A DNA stretch of 32,000 bases from Candidatus Saccharimonadota bacterium (GCA_020632335.1 JACKFV010000001.1:450001-482000); one strand, 5' to 3'; counted from the stretch's first letter, positions 1 through 8,398 are shown. Made by a program: numbers and translations. Notes: a model not told the origin generated them from the letters alone.

Positions 1-47
1 AGGTACCGTTTGCCTTCCGGCCGTTGTGGTGGTGGGTCTAGCAGTCC

Positions 48-1265
48 CTACTGCGTAATGCTATGCGCGATGCTGAGGAGGGTATCCCTCAGTGCTGCCG
101 GGCCGGTGAGCGAGAAGAGAGTACGGCTGTCGCGCGGGACGTGCACGGTGATGGTATCGCCATTCTGGATCTCTCGGAGCGTGCTGGGGGGGTTCTGTGT
201 CTTTAAGATATCGAGCCGGAACTGCATGGTCTGCTCGGTGGGGATTTCTCCCGTTGCAAAGCCGATGGTGGTGATGCTCTCCCCCACTGGCCCAAAGTGC
301 ATGTAGTAGTACTGCCAGGGTATCTGTACATTGAACCCGTAGTAGTTGCTGGTGTAGCTGTGGTAGCGGCTGCCGAGCATGGGGATGTAGTCGCTGGGGT
401 TGCCCTCCTCGGGCAGGGGGTCTGGCGTGGGGGGGGTGGAAGGATCCGTACTCGGTGAAGTCTCTGCCGGTGCGGTGGGAGGGGATTCTGGCGTGGGGGG
501 TTCCCCCTCCAGGAAGGTATTGAGCAGCGCCGCAAAGGCACGCTTACGGCTGTAGTCCTCGGCAGCGCTGGTGAACCAGAACCGGTATTCCTGCCCCGGC
601 GAGGCCTGAGAACGGAGAATGACCTCTTGGCGCTCGGTACCGTTGGCCTCCAGCACGACGGTCTTGATGGCCGGCAGAGAGCCGATCTGGCTCTGCGCGG
701 GGGTGTCGGGCGAGGTAATGGCCCGGCGCTCGAAGCTGAGAAAGACCTTCTTCAGCTCGTCCTCGGCCTGGAAGAAGTAGGCGATTCCCTCGGGGGAGGG
801 GCTCCAGCGCCAGTCGGCCGGCACGGTGAACTGGTAGCCGTCTCCCGTATAGTGCTGCTCGGTGGGGGGTGGGGTCTTGGTGGGGAGTGGGAGCTCGGGC
901 GTGGTGACGGCCTCTACCCAGAATATCCGGCGCATTTTCTCGGGTCGGAACCTCCCGGTGAGTTCTACGCTCGTGTTCTCGCTCTCCTGCAGGGGTACTG
1001 CGCTGCTGGCCAGGTAGGCGATGAGCTTGCCATCGGCCTCCAGCCGGTGGGTGGCGGCGGTGGGCACACTGACGGAAAACGGCAGCACTACCCCCTCGAG
1101 GGTCTGCAAGGTGGGTTCCTCCAGCGCGGCCATGGGGTCACTATCGGCCAGCTGACCGGCTACCCCGGTGGCGGCGTCGTGCACATAGGTCTTCAGGCTG
1201 GTGCCTGCACAGGCCGTCAGCCCCACCCCCAGCAGTACCACGAGCGTATAGCGTAGCATTCCCAT
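48..1265 (-). CDS. Putative secreted lipoprotein with Pro/Thr/Ser-rich linker, function unknown
   Basis: 405-aa ORF. The N-terminus MGMLRYTLVVLLGVGLTAC has a hydrophobic signal segment ending in a lipobox-like L-T-A-C. There is an internal low-complexity linker PPTPESPPTAPAETSPSTDPSTPPTPDP. No family recognised by eye. Confidence 0.55.
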   Translation of the reverse strand: MGMLRYTLVVLLGVGLTACAGTSLKTYVHDAATGVAGQLADSDPMAALEEPTLQTLEGVVLPFSVSVPTAATHRLEADGKLIAYLASSAVPLQESENTSVELTGRFRPEKMRRIFWVEAVTTPELPLPTKTPPPTEQHYTGDGYQFTVPADWRWSPSPEGIAYFFQAEDELKKVFLSFERRAITSPDTPAQSQIGSLPAIKTVVLEANGTERQEVILRSQASPGQEYRFWFTSAAEDYSRKRAFAALLNTFLEGEPPTPESPPTAPAETSPSTDPSTPPTPDPLPEEGNPSDYIPMLGSRYHSYTSNYYGFNVQIPWQYYYMHFGPVGESITTIGFATGEIPTEQTMQFRLDILKTQNPPSTLREIQNGDTITVHVPRDSRTLFSLTGPAALRDTLLSIAHSITQ

Positions 1266-1345
1266 CTCTCCCAGCGTAGATTCTGCAGAGGGATCGTCAA
1301 CTGAAATACTTGCTCTTGGCGCTTCAGCGCTGGTATACTAGGGAG

Positions 1346-3781
1346 ATGCCTTTTCGGATACCCTTGCTGTCTCGTTACCTGCAGATACCGCCGGTGCTGC
1401 TGCCCGGGCTGCGGGTGACCTTCTGGCTGCGCTGTCTCTTTACCATCGGCATGATCATCAGCTGGACGGTGCTGCTGAGCCTGTGGGTAGAGCAGTACAG
1501 CATAGACTCGCTGCTGTGGTTCTTTGCCGCGGACGGGGTGGCGGCGCTGGTGGGGGGGCTGCTGAGCCTGTGGCTCTCGGCCCGCTACAGTACAGACGAG
1601 CACTGCTGGCTGACGGGCCTGGCGACTCTGGTGAGCCTGAGCGCGGCGTTTGCGTTGCTGCCGGTATCTGTGGAGGGGTTCTTTGCGCTCAGCTTCATCG
1701 CTAAGGGGGTGTTTTTCTTCCCGCTCTCGCTGCTGCTGTACCGGCATGCGGAGGAGCAGCTGAGCCCTTCAGATGCTCGGCGAGTGATGCCGTTGATCAA
1801 GTCTGGGGCGACCATAGGGGTACTGCTGGGGGCGGGGGTGCTGCTCATTGCGCTGCCCTACCTGAGCGAACCCGTGCTGCTGAGCCTCTGGGGTGTGGCG
1901 ACCCTCGGGGTGCTGCTGCTCTACCAGACGCGGGATTTCCTCGCGCCTGAGGTGCACATGCTGCCCCCGCAGGAGGCCCAGCCACCGGTGACCTTTGCGG
2001 CCCTGTGGCAGACGGTGCGCCAGACGCCCCTGCTCCAGAGTCTGCTGCTGCTGACTCCACTGGCGGCGCTGATCTTCACGGTGATTGAGTTCCAGTTCAC
2101 GGTAGAGCTCTTCGACCACTACGTGCATACGGCGCTGACTCTCCCTCCGCAGAGCCTGCAGGCGAGCATACTGGGCGACGCAGTACGGGGGCTGCAGCAG
2201 GTGGCACAGAGTACCGTGCACGAGATACAGAGCCTGAAGCAGACGGTCATCAGCACCCAGCTGATGCACCACACGCTGCTGCACGATCTCTCGTTTTTTC
2301 ATCTGCTGTTTGCGGCGATTGCCCTGCTCTTCCAGGCGATGGTGACGCCGCTGGCACTGCAACGGTGGGGGATCATCGGCACCATGCTGAGCTACGCAGT
2401 GGCGGTGGCGGGGCTGCTGACGGGCTATGCGACGGGGCTGTATGGCGCCAGTACGCTGCGGACGCTGCAGCACGGGGTGTATAGCCTGGGTACGGTGCCT
2501 AACCACATGATGTACTATGTCTTTCCGCCGCACATGCGGGAGGCGCTGCGGGCGCTGTATGGTGGGGTACTGGAGTACGGCGGCATGCTGCTGGCGCTGC
2601 TTTTCATCGGGTTGCTGCCCGTGGTGGAGGTGACGGGCCTGGCCATCATCGCGGGGATGGTGGGGGTGGGGCTCGTCTGGCGGATGCGCGAGCAGTTCAC
2701 CCAGCTGTGCATAGCGCGGAGCCAACGGCACCATGACCCGACCAGTGTCTTCCATGCGCTGGAGTTTCTCTCGCACCGGAGCCTACCGGTGACCCATACG
2801 CTGACGGATATGCTGCTGCTCCAGAGTAAGCAGACCCCCTACGCGGAGCAGCTCCTCCGCACAATAATAGAGCGGCAGGACCCCGAGTCCCTCCCACAGC
2901 TGGTGCGGGCGCTGCAGCAGCAGGAGAATAGCGAGCAGCTCCTGGAGCGGGTGCTAGACGCGCTCAGTGCCCTCAAGGGCATTCCGGAGTTTCTCCAGCA
3001 GCATGCCTTTACGCATCATGCGCTGGTGCAGGTGCTGGAGGGCTTCCTCCACCACCATAATTCCTACATCAAGAAGCAGGCGGTGCTGCTGCTCATGCGC
3101 ATCATCCCTACGCAGGAGGTGGTGCCGTTCTTCCTCCAGACGCTGCAGCATACTGACCCCAAGCTCCAGGCTATCTATCTGCGCAGCCTGACCGCCGTGC
3201 ACGACCCGCAGATGACCCAGTATATCTTGCCCTACCTGCACCACCAGCAGGACGTGCGCGTACGTACCCGGGCGCTACTGGTGCTGTGGCAGTATATGGA
3301 GCAAGGAGAACTGCGGGCGCAGCTCCACACGCTGCTGCAGGGCGAGGAGGCCGAGGAGCACATTGCGGCGCTGTACACCCTGGGAGAAGTCCATGACGCA
3401 GAGAGCCTGCCGCAGATAGCCCAGCAGCTCACCTCTCCAGACCCCTATGTGCGGCTCCATGCGCTCATCGCCCTGGCCAAATGTGGGCAGACGCAGTACC
3501 TGGGAGCGCTGGTGCATATCCTCATGAACGGGGAAAAGGACTACCGGTTTGCGGCCTTTGGCATGAGTAAGCGCCTGCCAGACCACGTAGCGGCGCAGCT
3601 GCAGCACCTGCTGCATGAGCGGGTCAGTCGGGCCATCGGGGGGATCCTCCACACCCACAACCACACCCGGCTGCCCTATAGCGCGCGGCAGAGCCTGCAC
3701 TGGCTTTACAAGCTGCTGGGCAAGTATGACGCCATCATGCAGCTGCAGCACTGGCATAGCGGAAGCGAAGACGATAGATAG
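1346..3781 (+). CDS. Polytopic membrane protein (MFS/TLC-transporter-like N-terminal half) fused to C-terminal HEAT/PBS-lyase-like repeats
   Basis: The long ORF is listed from TTG 1310; the first ATG is at 1346. The N-terminal ~460 aa consist of many hydrophobic helices. The C-terminal ~330 aa contain repeated HEAT-like units (e.g. DPKLQAIYLRSLTAVHDP, QQDVRVRTRALLVLWQY, SPDPYVRLHALIALAKCG). The 3' end overlaps convergent trmB by 47 nt. Confidence 0.6.
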   Translation: MPFRIPLLSRYLQIPPVLLPGLRVTFWLRCLFTIGMIISWTVLLSLWVEQYSIDSLLWFFAADGVAALVGGLLSLWLSARYSTDEHCWLTGLATLVSLSAAFALLPVSVEGFFALSFIAKGVFFFPLSLLLYRHAEEQLSPSDARRVMPLIKSGATIGVLLGAGVLLIALPYLSEPVLLSLWGVATLGVLLLYQTRDFLAPEVHMLPPQEAQPPVTFAALWQTVRQTPLLQSLLLLTPLAALIFTVIEFQFTVELFDHYVHTALTLPPQSLQASILGDAVRGLQQVAQSTVHEIQSLKQTVISTQLMHHTLLHDLSFFHLLFAAIALLFQAMVTPLALQRWGIIGTMLSYAVAVAGLLTGYATGLYGASTLRTLQHGVYSLGTVPNHMMYYVFPPHMREALRALYGGVLEYGGMLLALLFIGLLPVVEVTGLAIIAGMVGVGLVWRMREQFTQLCIARSQRHHDPTSVFHALEFLSHRSLPVTHTLTDMLLLQSKQTPYAEQLLRTIIERQDPESLPQLVRALQQQENSEQLLERVLDALSALKGIPEFLQQHAFTHHALVQVLEGFLHHHNSYIKKQAVLLLMRIIPTQEVVPFFLQTLQHTDPKLQAIYLRSLTAVHDPQMTQYILPYLHHQQDVRVRTRALLVLWQYMEQGELRAQLHTLLQGEEAEEHIAALYTLGEVHDAESLPQIAQQLTSPDPYVRLHALIALAKCGQTQYLGALVHILMNGEKDYRFAAFGMSKRLPDHVAAQLQHLLHERVSRAIGGILHTHNHTRLPYSARQSLHWLYKLLGKYDAIMQLQHWHSGSEDDR

Positions 3782-4349
3782 GCTGCCCCTGCTTGGCCTG
3801 CTCCCACTTGGTCATGACGCCGTGGGGGCTCTGAGAAAAGCGCTCCCACTCCCACCCCCCGAGCTCCTCCAGCAGTGCGAGGGTGTCCTCGTAGTAGCGG
3901 GGTTGGTCAGTCTGGAGGAGAAACGTGGTACTGGCGGGCACCCAGGGCATCAGGCTCTGGAGGAAGGCGCGGCTTAGCACCCGGCGTTTGTGGTGGCGGG
4001 GTTTGAGCCAGGGGTCTGGGAAGTTGATATACACTTCCTCCAGCGTGGCTCCCTTGGCGAGACAGGGCTCTAGTATGGCGCGGAAGTTCCGGCAGGCATC
4101 ACCACCAAAGACGGCCACCCGGGGGTCATCAGCCCAGTGGTCTTGTAGCCACTGGACGATAGGCTCTCGTACCTCAAAGGCAATAAAGGCATGCCCGGGC
4201 AGCTGCGCTCGCAAGCCGTCGAGGAACTCGCCCTTCATACAACCGATGTCGACGATGATCGGCCAGGGCTCCGGGAAGCCCGTAAAGGTGTGGGTCTGGA
4301 GCTGGCTGAGCGGGTTGACGTGTGGCCGTACCCGACGAGGGAAGAGCAT
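3735..4349 (-). CDS. trmB: tRNA (guanine-N7)-methyltransferase
   Basis: 204-aa ORF with the TrmB signature INFPDPWLKPRHHKRR and an upstream SAM-binding-like segment IVDIGCMKGEF. The length is typical for the family. Confidence 0.85.
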   Translation of the reverse strand: MLFPRRVRPHVNPLSQLQTHTFTGFPEPWPIIVDIGCMKGEFLDGLRAQLPGHAFIAFEVREPIVQWLQDHWADDPRVAVFGGDACRNFRAILEPCLAKGATLEEVYINFPDPWLKPRHHKRRVLSRAFLQSLMPWVPASTTFLLQTDQPRYYEDTLALLEELGGWEWERFSQSPHGVMTKWEQAKQGQPIYRLRFRYASAAAA

Positions 4350-4404
4350 GCCTGCACGCTAGCGGGAGGCGAGGGGTTGTCAAAAAGGAGTCTGCAACAC
4401 CTAC

Positions 4405-4432
4405 TTGATTCTTGTAAAAAAAGGATTATAAC
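4405..4432 (+). promoter_or_regulatory. Candidate sigma70-type promoter TTGATT-N16-TATAAC upstream of the TPR gene
   Basis: TTGATT at 4405-4410 and TATAAC at 4427-4432. The ATG at 4439 lies only 6 nt after the -10 element, so the mRNA may be leaderless. Confidence 0.3.
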
Positions 4433-4438
4433 CATAGC

Positions 4439-5056
4439 ATGGCTATGCGTTCCTACCCGGATGCTATCTATACCCTCCTCGAACAAGCCTGGGAGGCCAA
4501 GCTGGAGGAGGAATACGAGGAGGCGATGGCGCTTCTCCAGACCATCATCCTGGAGGAGCCAGCGTGCCTGGAAGCCTATGAGGAGCTGGCGGACGTGTAC
4601 CTGCACCTGCGGGAGCTGGATAAGGCCGAGAAGGCCATCACCCGGGCGCTGCAGCTGGACCCTCGCTCGGCCAATGCGCACTACCTGCGGGGCTTCCTCT
4701 ACAGTCTGGAGAGCAACTGGGAGGCGAGCGTAACCGAGCTGGAGCAGGCGGATAAAGCTACGCCGAACCACCCGGAGATCCTCCGCTGTTTGGGCTGGAG
4801 CCTCTATAATGCGCAGCGTCGCGCGCAGGGCATCAGTGTGCTGGAGCGGTCGGTGGAGATGTTCCCGGAGAATATAGACGCGGCCAGTGACCTGGGGGTC
4901 TGCTATATGAATAGTGGGGAGTTTACCAAGGCCGAGGAAGTCTTTGAGCGAGTGCTGGAGCTGGATAGTGATAGTCCGCATGCCCGGGAGTGTCTGAAGT
5001 TTGTGCGGCAAATGAAGAAGCTCCTGGACGGTGGTGAGGGCGCTGATGCCTCCTAG
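4439..5056 (+). CDS. Tetratricopeptide (TPR) repeat protein
   Basis: 205-aa ORF with consecutive 34-residue TPR-like units (e.g. AYEELADVYLHLRELDKAEKAITRALQLDPRSANAHYLRGFLY and ILRCLGWSLYNAQRRAQGISVLERSVEMFPEN). Confidence 0.75.
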   Translation: MAMRSYPDAIYTLLEQAWEAKLEEEYEEAMALLQTIILEEPACLEAYEELADVYLHLRELDKAEKAITRALQLDPRSANAHYLRGFLYSLESNWEASVTELEQADKATPNHPEILRCLGWSLYNAQRRAQGISVLERSVEMFPENIDAASDLGVCYMNSGEFTKAEEVFERVLELDSDSPHARECLKFVRQMKKLLDGGEGADAS

Positions 5057-5409
5057 AAGTGGTTACGACTGCAAAGAGGCAATAGTATTGCTCAGTGGTT
5101 TGCCAGGAGCCTGTTTTACAGTATCACTACGGTTGATGGGCGAGGGCTATGAAAGAGACCTCGACGTTCACTTTTTATGCTACTACACAACGGCGCGCTA
5201 TTACAAGACTTACAAAGCCGCATTACACTACCACCCACACCATAGAGCTGGTCCCCTGTATATGGCCGCCATGGATGCCCCATACTGCTCTATAAAAGAG
5301 GGAGAGGGTGGATGGAGTATATTTGTGTAACGTATGAAAGCTGTTTTATATTCTTGATATCTCTAAGCGGAATCGTACACTAGCATTTGTAATTATTAAC
5401 TGTAAAATA

Positions 5410-6351
5410 ATGTTGGCAAAAACACTCAGCATGGGAACGACTCTCACTGGTGGAGAGACCTCTACACTCTGTTATATCTACAAGAATGGGGATGGTCCTT
5501 CTACATTTATAAATGGTGGTACACATGGAGGAGAAATTACCTATCCTGTATTTCGTAAATTGGCTGCGCATTTGGAGAAGCATGAATTCAAGGGAAAGAT
5601 CACACTACTACCGGTATCCAACCCCATAGCGTGGTCGCAGCGGTTGTACTTCTCTACCGCTGGTAAGTTCTCTATGTACGATGGTAAAGACTGGAACTGG
5701 AGATACCCTGGCAACGCAGATGGTGTAGTGCAAGAACGATTTGCCCATATGGTATTCACCGAGGTTGTACAGCATGATTTTGTGATAGATCTGCACACTT
5801 CACGATGGAGTAAACCATTCCTCATTACTGGGAAGTCAGAACACCTTCCGTTAGCCAAAGCAAGTGGGATAGACTATACTTATGCTTCGTTAGACGCGCA
5901 TGATCTGAAAGGAACAAACATTATGCCATTGAGCTACGCCGCTGATATGCACTGTAAGAATGGTGGAGTGACACTTGAATGTGGCTCGCATGACAGTATG
6001 AATGACGCAGTGTTTGAATACTGCTACAAGGTAGTGTTGAATATGCTGGTTTTCCAGGGGCATTTTGATGACTATATTCCATTGAGTAATGGTATGTATT
6101 ACACGGGATATCATACCTATACTGCACCCGAAGCTGGCTTTGTGGAGTATCATCATGCCTTCTGGGATACCGTAAAAGCAGGTGAGGTGTTGTATACCCT
6201 CTACCCAGCTAATGACCTGAAACGAAAAGTCGAAATAATAGCTAAGGCTGACTGCCTGGTAGCTAAATACCAGCCTACGCACATAGCCCAGCCTGGAGAT
6301 CAAGTAGTAATGACCGTGCCGACAGACCAGCTACACCTGTACTCGCAGTAA
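5410..6351 (+). CDS. Succinylglutamate desuccinylase/aspartoacylase (AstE/AspA, M14-like) family zinc hydrolase
   Basis: 313-aa ORF in an AT-richer segment. Family hallmarks occur in the expected order: GGTHGGE (His/Glu zinc ligands), DWNWRYPG (variant of D-x-N-R-x-F-P-G), IDLHTS (third zinc His) and TLECG. Confidence 0.7.
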   Translation: MLAKTLSMGTTLTGGETSTLCYIYKNGDGPSTFINGGTHGGEITYPVFRKLAAHLEKHEFKGKITLLPVSNPIAWSQRLYFSTAGKFSMYDGKDWNWRYPGNADGVVQERFAHMVFTEVVQHDFVIDLHTSRWSKPFLITGKSEHLPLAKASGIDYTYASLDAHDLKGTNIMPLSYAADMHCKNGGVTLECGSHDSMNDAVFEYCYKVVLNMLVFQGHFDDYIPLSNGMYYTGYHTYTAPEAGFVEYHHAFWDTVKAGEVLYTLYPANDLKRKVEIIAKADCLVAKYQPTHIAQPGDQVVMTVPTDQLHLYSQ

Positions 6352-6363
6352 GAAAACACACGC

Positions 6364-6413
6364 AAAATAAATAACCGTAGAACCCAGGGAACTACGGTTA
6401 TTTGTTTTGTGTG
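6364..6413. terminator. Bidirectional rho-independent terminator between the convergent deacylase and ATP-grasp genes
   Basis: Perfect 8-bp stem AACCGTAG (6373-6380) / CTACGGTT (6392-6399) with an 11-nt loop. It is flanked by an A-rich run on the left (aaaataaat) and a T-rich run on the right (atttgttttgtgtg). Confidence 0.6.
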
Positions 6414-6433
6414 TCAGCATTAAAATCAGCTAG

Positions 6434-7972
6434 TTAGGCCAATACAGTACGGTATTGCTCCAACCCGGCATAGCGGTAAAATGTGCTGGCAAGAAGCTCA
6501 CCAAGCTCACTCAAATTATAACCATTGCCGCTCACAAAAAGCGGTGACTTGTTATGACTTGATAGTCCGACGTAGCCTGCGGGGAAACCATCACCAACAA
6601 GTTTGTAGTGCTGTCCAGGTCGCCCCCAGCCATAAGATCGTACCACTACACGAAGTTGATGTGGATCGTGAAAATCCCTCATGGTTGCAGGGATGAGTTG
6701 TCCTGCTTCCACAAACCAATACCCGTTAAGGTCTTTTGTGATCATGACTTTTTCGGTTTCGGTGAATACTGGCGGAAATAGTTTTAGGTATCCTCCAGGC
6801 GCCATAGCGAGTACATGCTCGTTGTAAACGCCTGGATCAGGGAATAGGCTTTCTTCTACACCCAAACCGGCAGCTAACGCCAGCATACTCATGCTGGGGA
6901 TGCCAGCGTCGTGACATGCGGTGTCGCATTGGTCATCTGGACCTTGGCCTCGAGCATTGATTTCGTTGTTGAGTCCAATGCTATTATCAGCTGATAATAT
7001 CCAGTCCAGGCCACACTTTCCGTAAAACTCTAATACTTTGGCGGCATAGGTTCCGATGGCGGTACAGCTGGTCACGAAGTGGGCGTACTGATTTTCTGTG
7101 AGCAGGCCACTACTGAGTTTGCCAGATTCCCAGTCGTTACCAGGACCAGCACCAGCAGGACAAAAACAGGATTTTAATCCAACAGGTTTGATAGAGGGAC
7201 CACCAGCACGGAAGTATGTCCCGTGAGGTGTTATCACCATACCACTGTTACTGGGCAAACCTTCCACAAATGGCATGATACGCAATGCTCCATGTCCTTT
7301 GTGAAATTCTACTGCTTCTGTGTAATTTTTTTCATTTTTAATGAATGAAATACTACTAGCACCGTCCGTGAATCTGGTGCCGCCAGCACTTTGTAGAATT
7401 TGGAGTACTAACCTCTTGCTTCCACAAAAAGTAACGGCTTCCTCGTAGGTCATGTCAATTCTGGAAGCATCGACATAGGCTTTTAACGGTATGCTGTAAT
7501 TCAGGCCCATACCAGCATAAAACATGGGTAGTGAAGCCTTATTTTCCAGGATTTTTTTCAACTGTTTTGGTGGAGACAAAACAGTAACATTTGGCATAAC
7601 TCGTAGTGTGTCTACAGCGTCATGCGCGGCGTAGTCTGGGATAAACAATACCTTTTTGCGGTCACGAAGTGCCTTACGACACAAGCTGGTGATAGCATCC
7701 CAGTAGGGTTGGTAGCTCCATACAGAGCCTTGCTGTGGACCGTCTGGGTATTCGGTCTCTAGTGCGAAGAGTTTGCTTGTCCAATCCCCTTCCAATGCTC
7801 CCGCACTGGCAGTGTAGTAATGTGTAAAAGGGGGTAATACCCCCTGGCACACCAAGTGTGGTAACGAGGTCGACGCCTTGTTTGCCATGCCAACGACATA
7901 GTCAAAGGTTCGCCATTTTTTCGCGATGGCCTCTTGTAATAATTTGTAAGAGGCCTCTAGTTTTGTTATCAT
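6434..7972 (-). CDS. ATP-grasp fold ligase-like protein (large, with unassigned N-terminal region)
   Basis: 512-aa ORF, AT-richer than the backbone. ATP-grasp-like segments occur in canonical order: ENKASLPMFYAGMGLNYSIP, KRLVLQILQSAGGTRF, ALRIMPFVEG and GKCGLDWILSADNSIGLNNEINARGQG (D...E-x-N-x-R type metal/ATP motif). Assignment is by eye only. Confidence 0.6.
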   Translation of the reverse strand: MITKLEASYKLLQEAIAKKWRTFDYVVGMANKASTSLPHLVCQGVLPPFTHYYTASAGALEGDWTSKLFALETEYPDGPQQGSVWSYQPYWDAITSLCRKALRDRKKVLFIPDYAAHDAVDTLRVMPNVTVLSPPKQLKKILENKASLPMFYAGMGLNYSIPLKAYVDASRIDMTYEEAVTFCGSKRLVLQILQSAGGTRFTDGASSISFIKNEKNYTEAVEFHKGHGALRIMPFVEGLPSNSGMVITPHGTYFRAGGPSIKPVGLKSCFCPAGAGPGNDWESGKLSSGLLTENQYAHFVTSCTAIGTYAAKVLEFYGKCGLDWILSADNSIGLNNEINARGQGPDDQCDTACHDAGIPSMSMLALAAGLGVEESLFPDPGVYNEHVLAMAPGGYLKLFPPVFTETEKVMITKDLNGYWFVEAGQLIPATMRDFHDPHQLRVVVRSYGWGRPGQHYKLVGDGFPAGYVGLSSHNKSPLFVSGNGYNLSELGELLASTFYRYAGLEQYRTVLA

Positions 7973-8025
7973 AGGAATTTAATTTTTGCCCGCCCCCGTG
8001 AAGGTTTGGGCGTGAAAAAAATAAT

Positions 8026-8181
8026 TTACTTTTGGTCGGTTGCGGGATAAACAGGTTTCTTTAGATCGTCGCCTTTTTGCGTCTCATCCGCACCGACGGT
8101 TGTTGCGATGGTACATTTATCATCGCTGAGTGGTTGCTGCTGCTGCGTATTTTTCTGGTCGCCACCTTGTTTTCCTTTCAT
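8026..8181 (-). CDS. Small ORF (51 aa) not in the supplied track: candidate substrate/precursor peptide for the downstream ATP-grasp enzyme
   Basis: Hand translation of the minus strand from ATG 8181 to TAA 8026 gives MKGKQGGDQKNTQQQQPLSDDKCTIATTVGADETQKGDDLKKPVYPATDQK. It is on the same strand as the ATP-grasp gene and 53 nt upstream of it. An AT-rich promoter-like region lies upstream (TTGAAA ... TTAAAA). No Shine-Dalgarno sequence was found, but other genes in this window also lack one. Confidence 0.35.
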   Translation of the reverse strand: MKGKQGGDQKNTQQQQPLSDDKCTIATTVGADETQKGDDLKKPVYPATDQK

Positions 8182-8398
8182 GGTAGAATTTTTTTAAAAA
8201 AAGATAATAATAGGTTTCAATGCTGATGACGTAAAACAACAAACCCACCTGCTGGCGGGAGTGGTAGAGCGATAGAATATTCTCTGATTCTACGCCATCA
8301 CACTACCCGCTGGAGCAGCCCAGCGAATACAGTGACAGCGTACAACGAGAAATTTCGATTGCATCTGATGAGACTTATAAATTGCTCTGGCAATATTG

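Noticed and set aside
1769-2776. Long ORFs antisense to, or out of frame within, confidently assigned genes. Examples: 1769..2776(-), 3275..3757(-), 4235..5011(-), 8457..9494(-), 14523..15404(-), 16038..16664(-), 21022..21732(-), 27701..29248(-), 29369..30262(-), 30908..31666(-).
   Set aside because: They lie opposite or within genes that have clear family motifs. Their products are Arg/Pro/Gly/His-rich low-complexity strings, typical of stop-codon-poor alternative frames in GC-rich DNA.
5085-5140. A tRNA-like fragment (attgctcagtggtttgcc resembles a D-arm), considered as a possible att remnant.
   Set aside because: No T-arm (GGTTCGAAT-like) and no acceptor pairing could be found nearby. A single D-loop-like word is insufficient.
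5031-5330. A 99-aa ORF in the 350-nt gap at the left edge of the low-GC segment.
   Set aside because: It overlaps the TPR gene's 3' end, has odd composition and no motif. It is more likely non-coding island-boundary DNA.
7991-8012. A hairpin between the small ORF and the ATP-grasp gene (CGCCC...GGGCG), considered as an attenuator setting precursor:enzyme stoichiometry.
   Set aside because: It has only a 5-bp stem with a 12-nt loop and no following U-tract on the coding strand, which is too weak to call.
8249-8271. Similarity between gctggcgggagtggtagagcga (about 8249-8270) and gctggagtggtggcgag at the tRNA 3' end (about 12218-12234), considered as possible island direct repeats.
   Set aside because: Only about 7-10 contiguous matching bases with indels. 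This is within chance expectation and needs a computed alignment before any claim.
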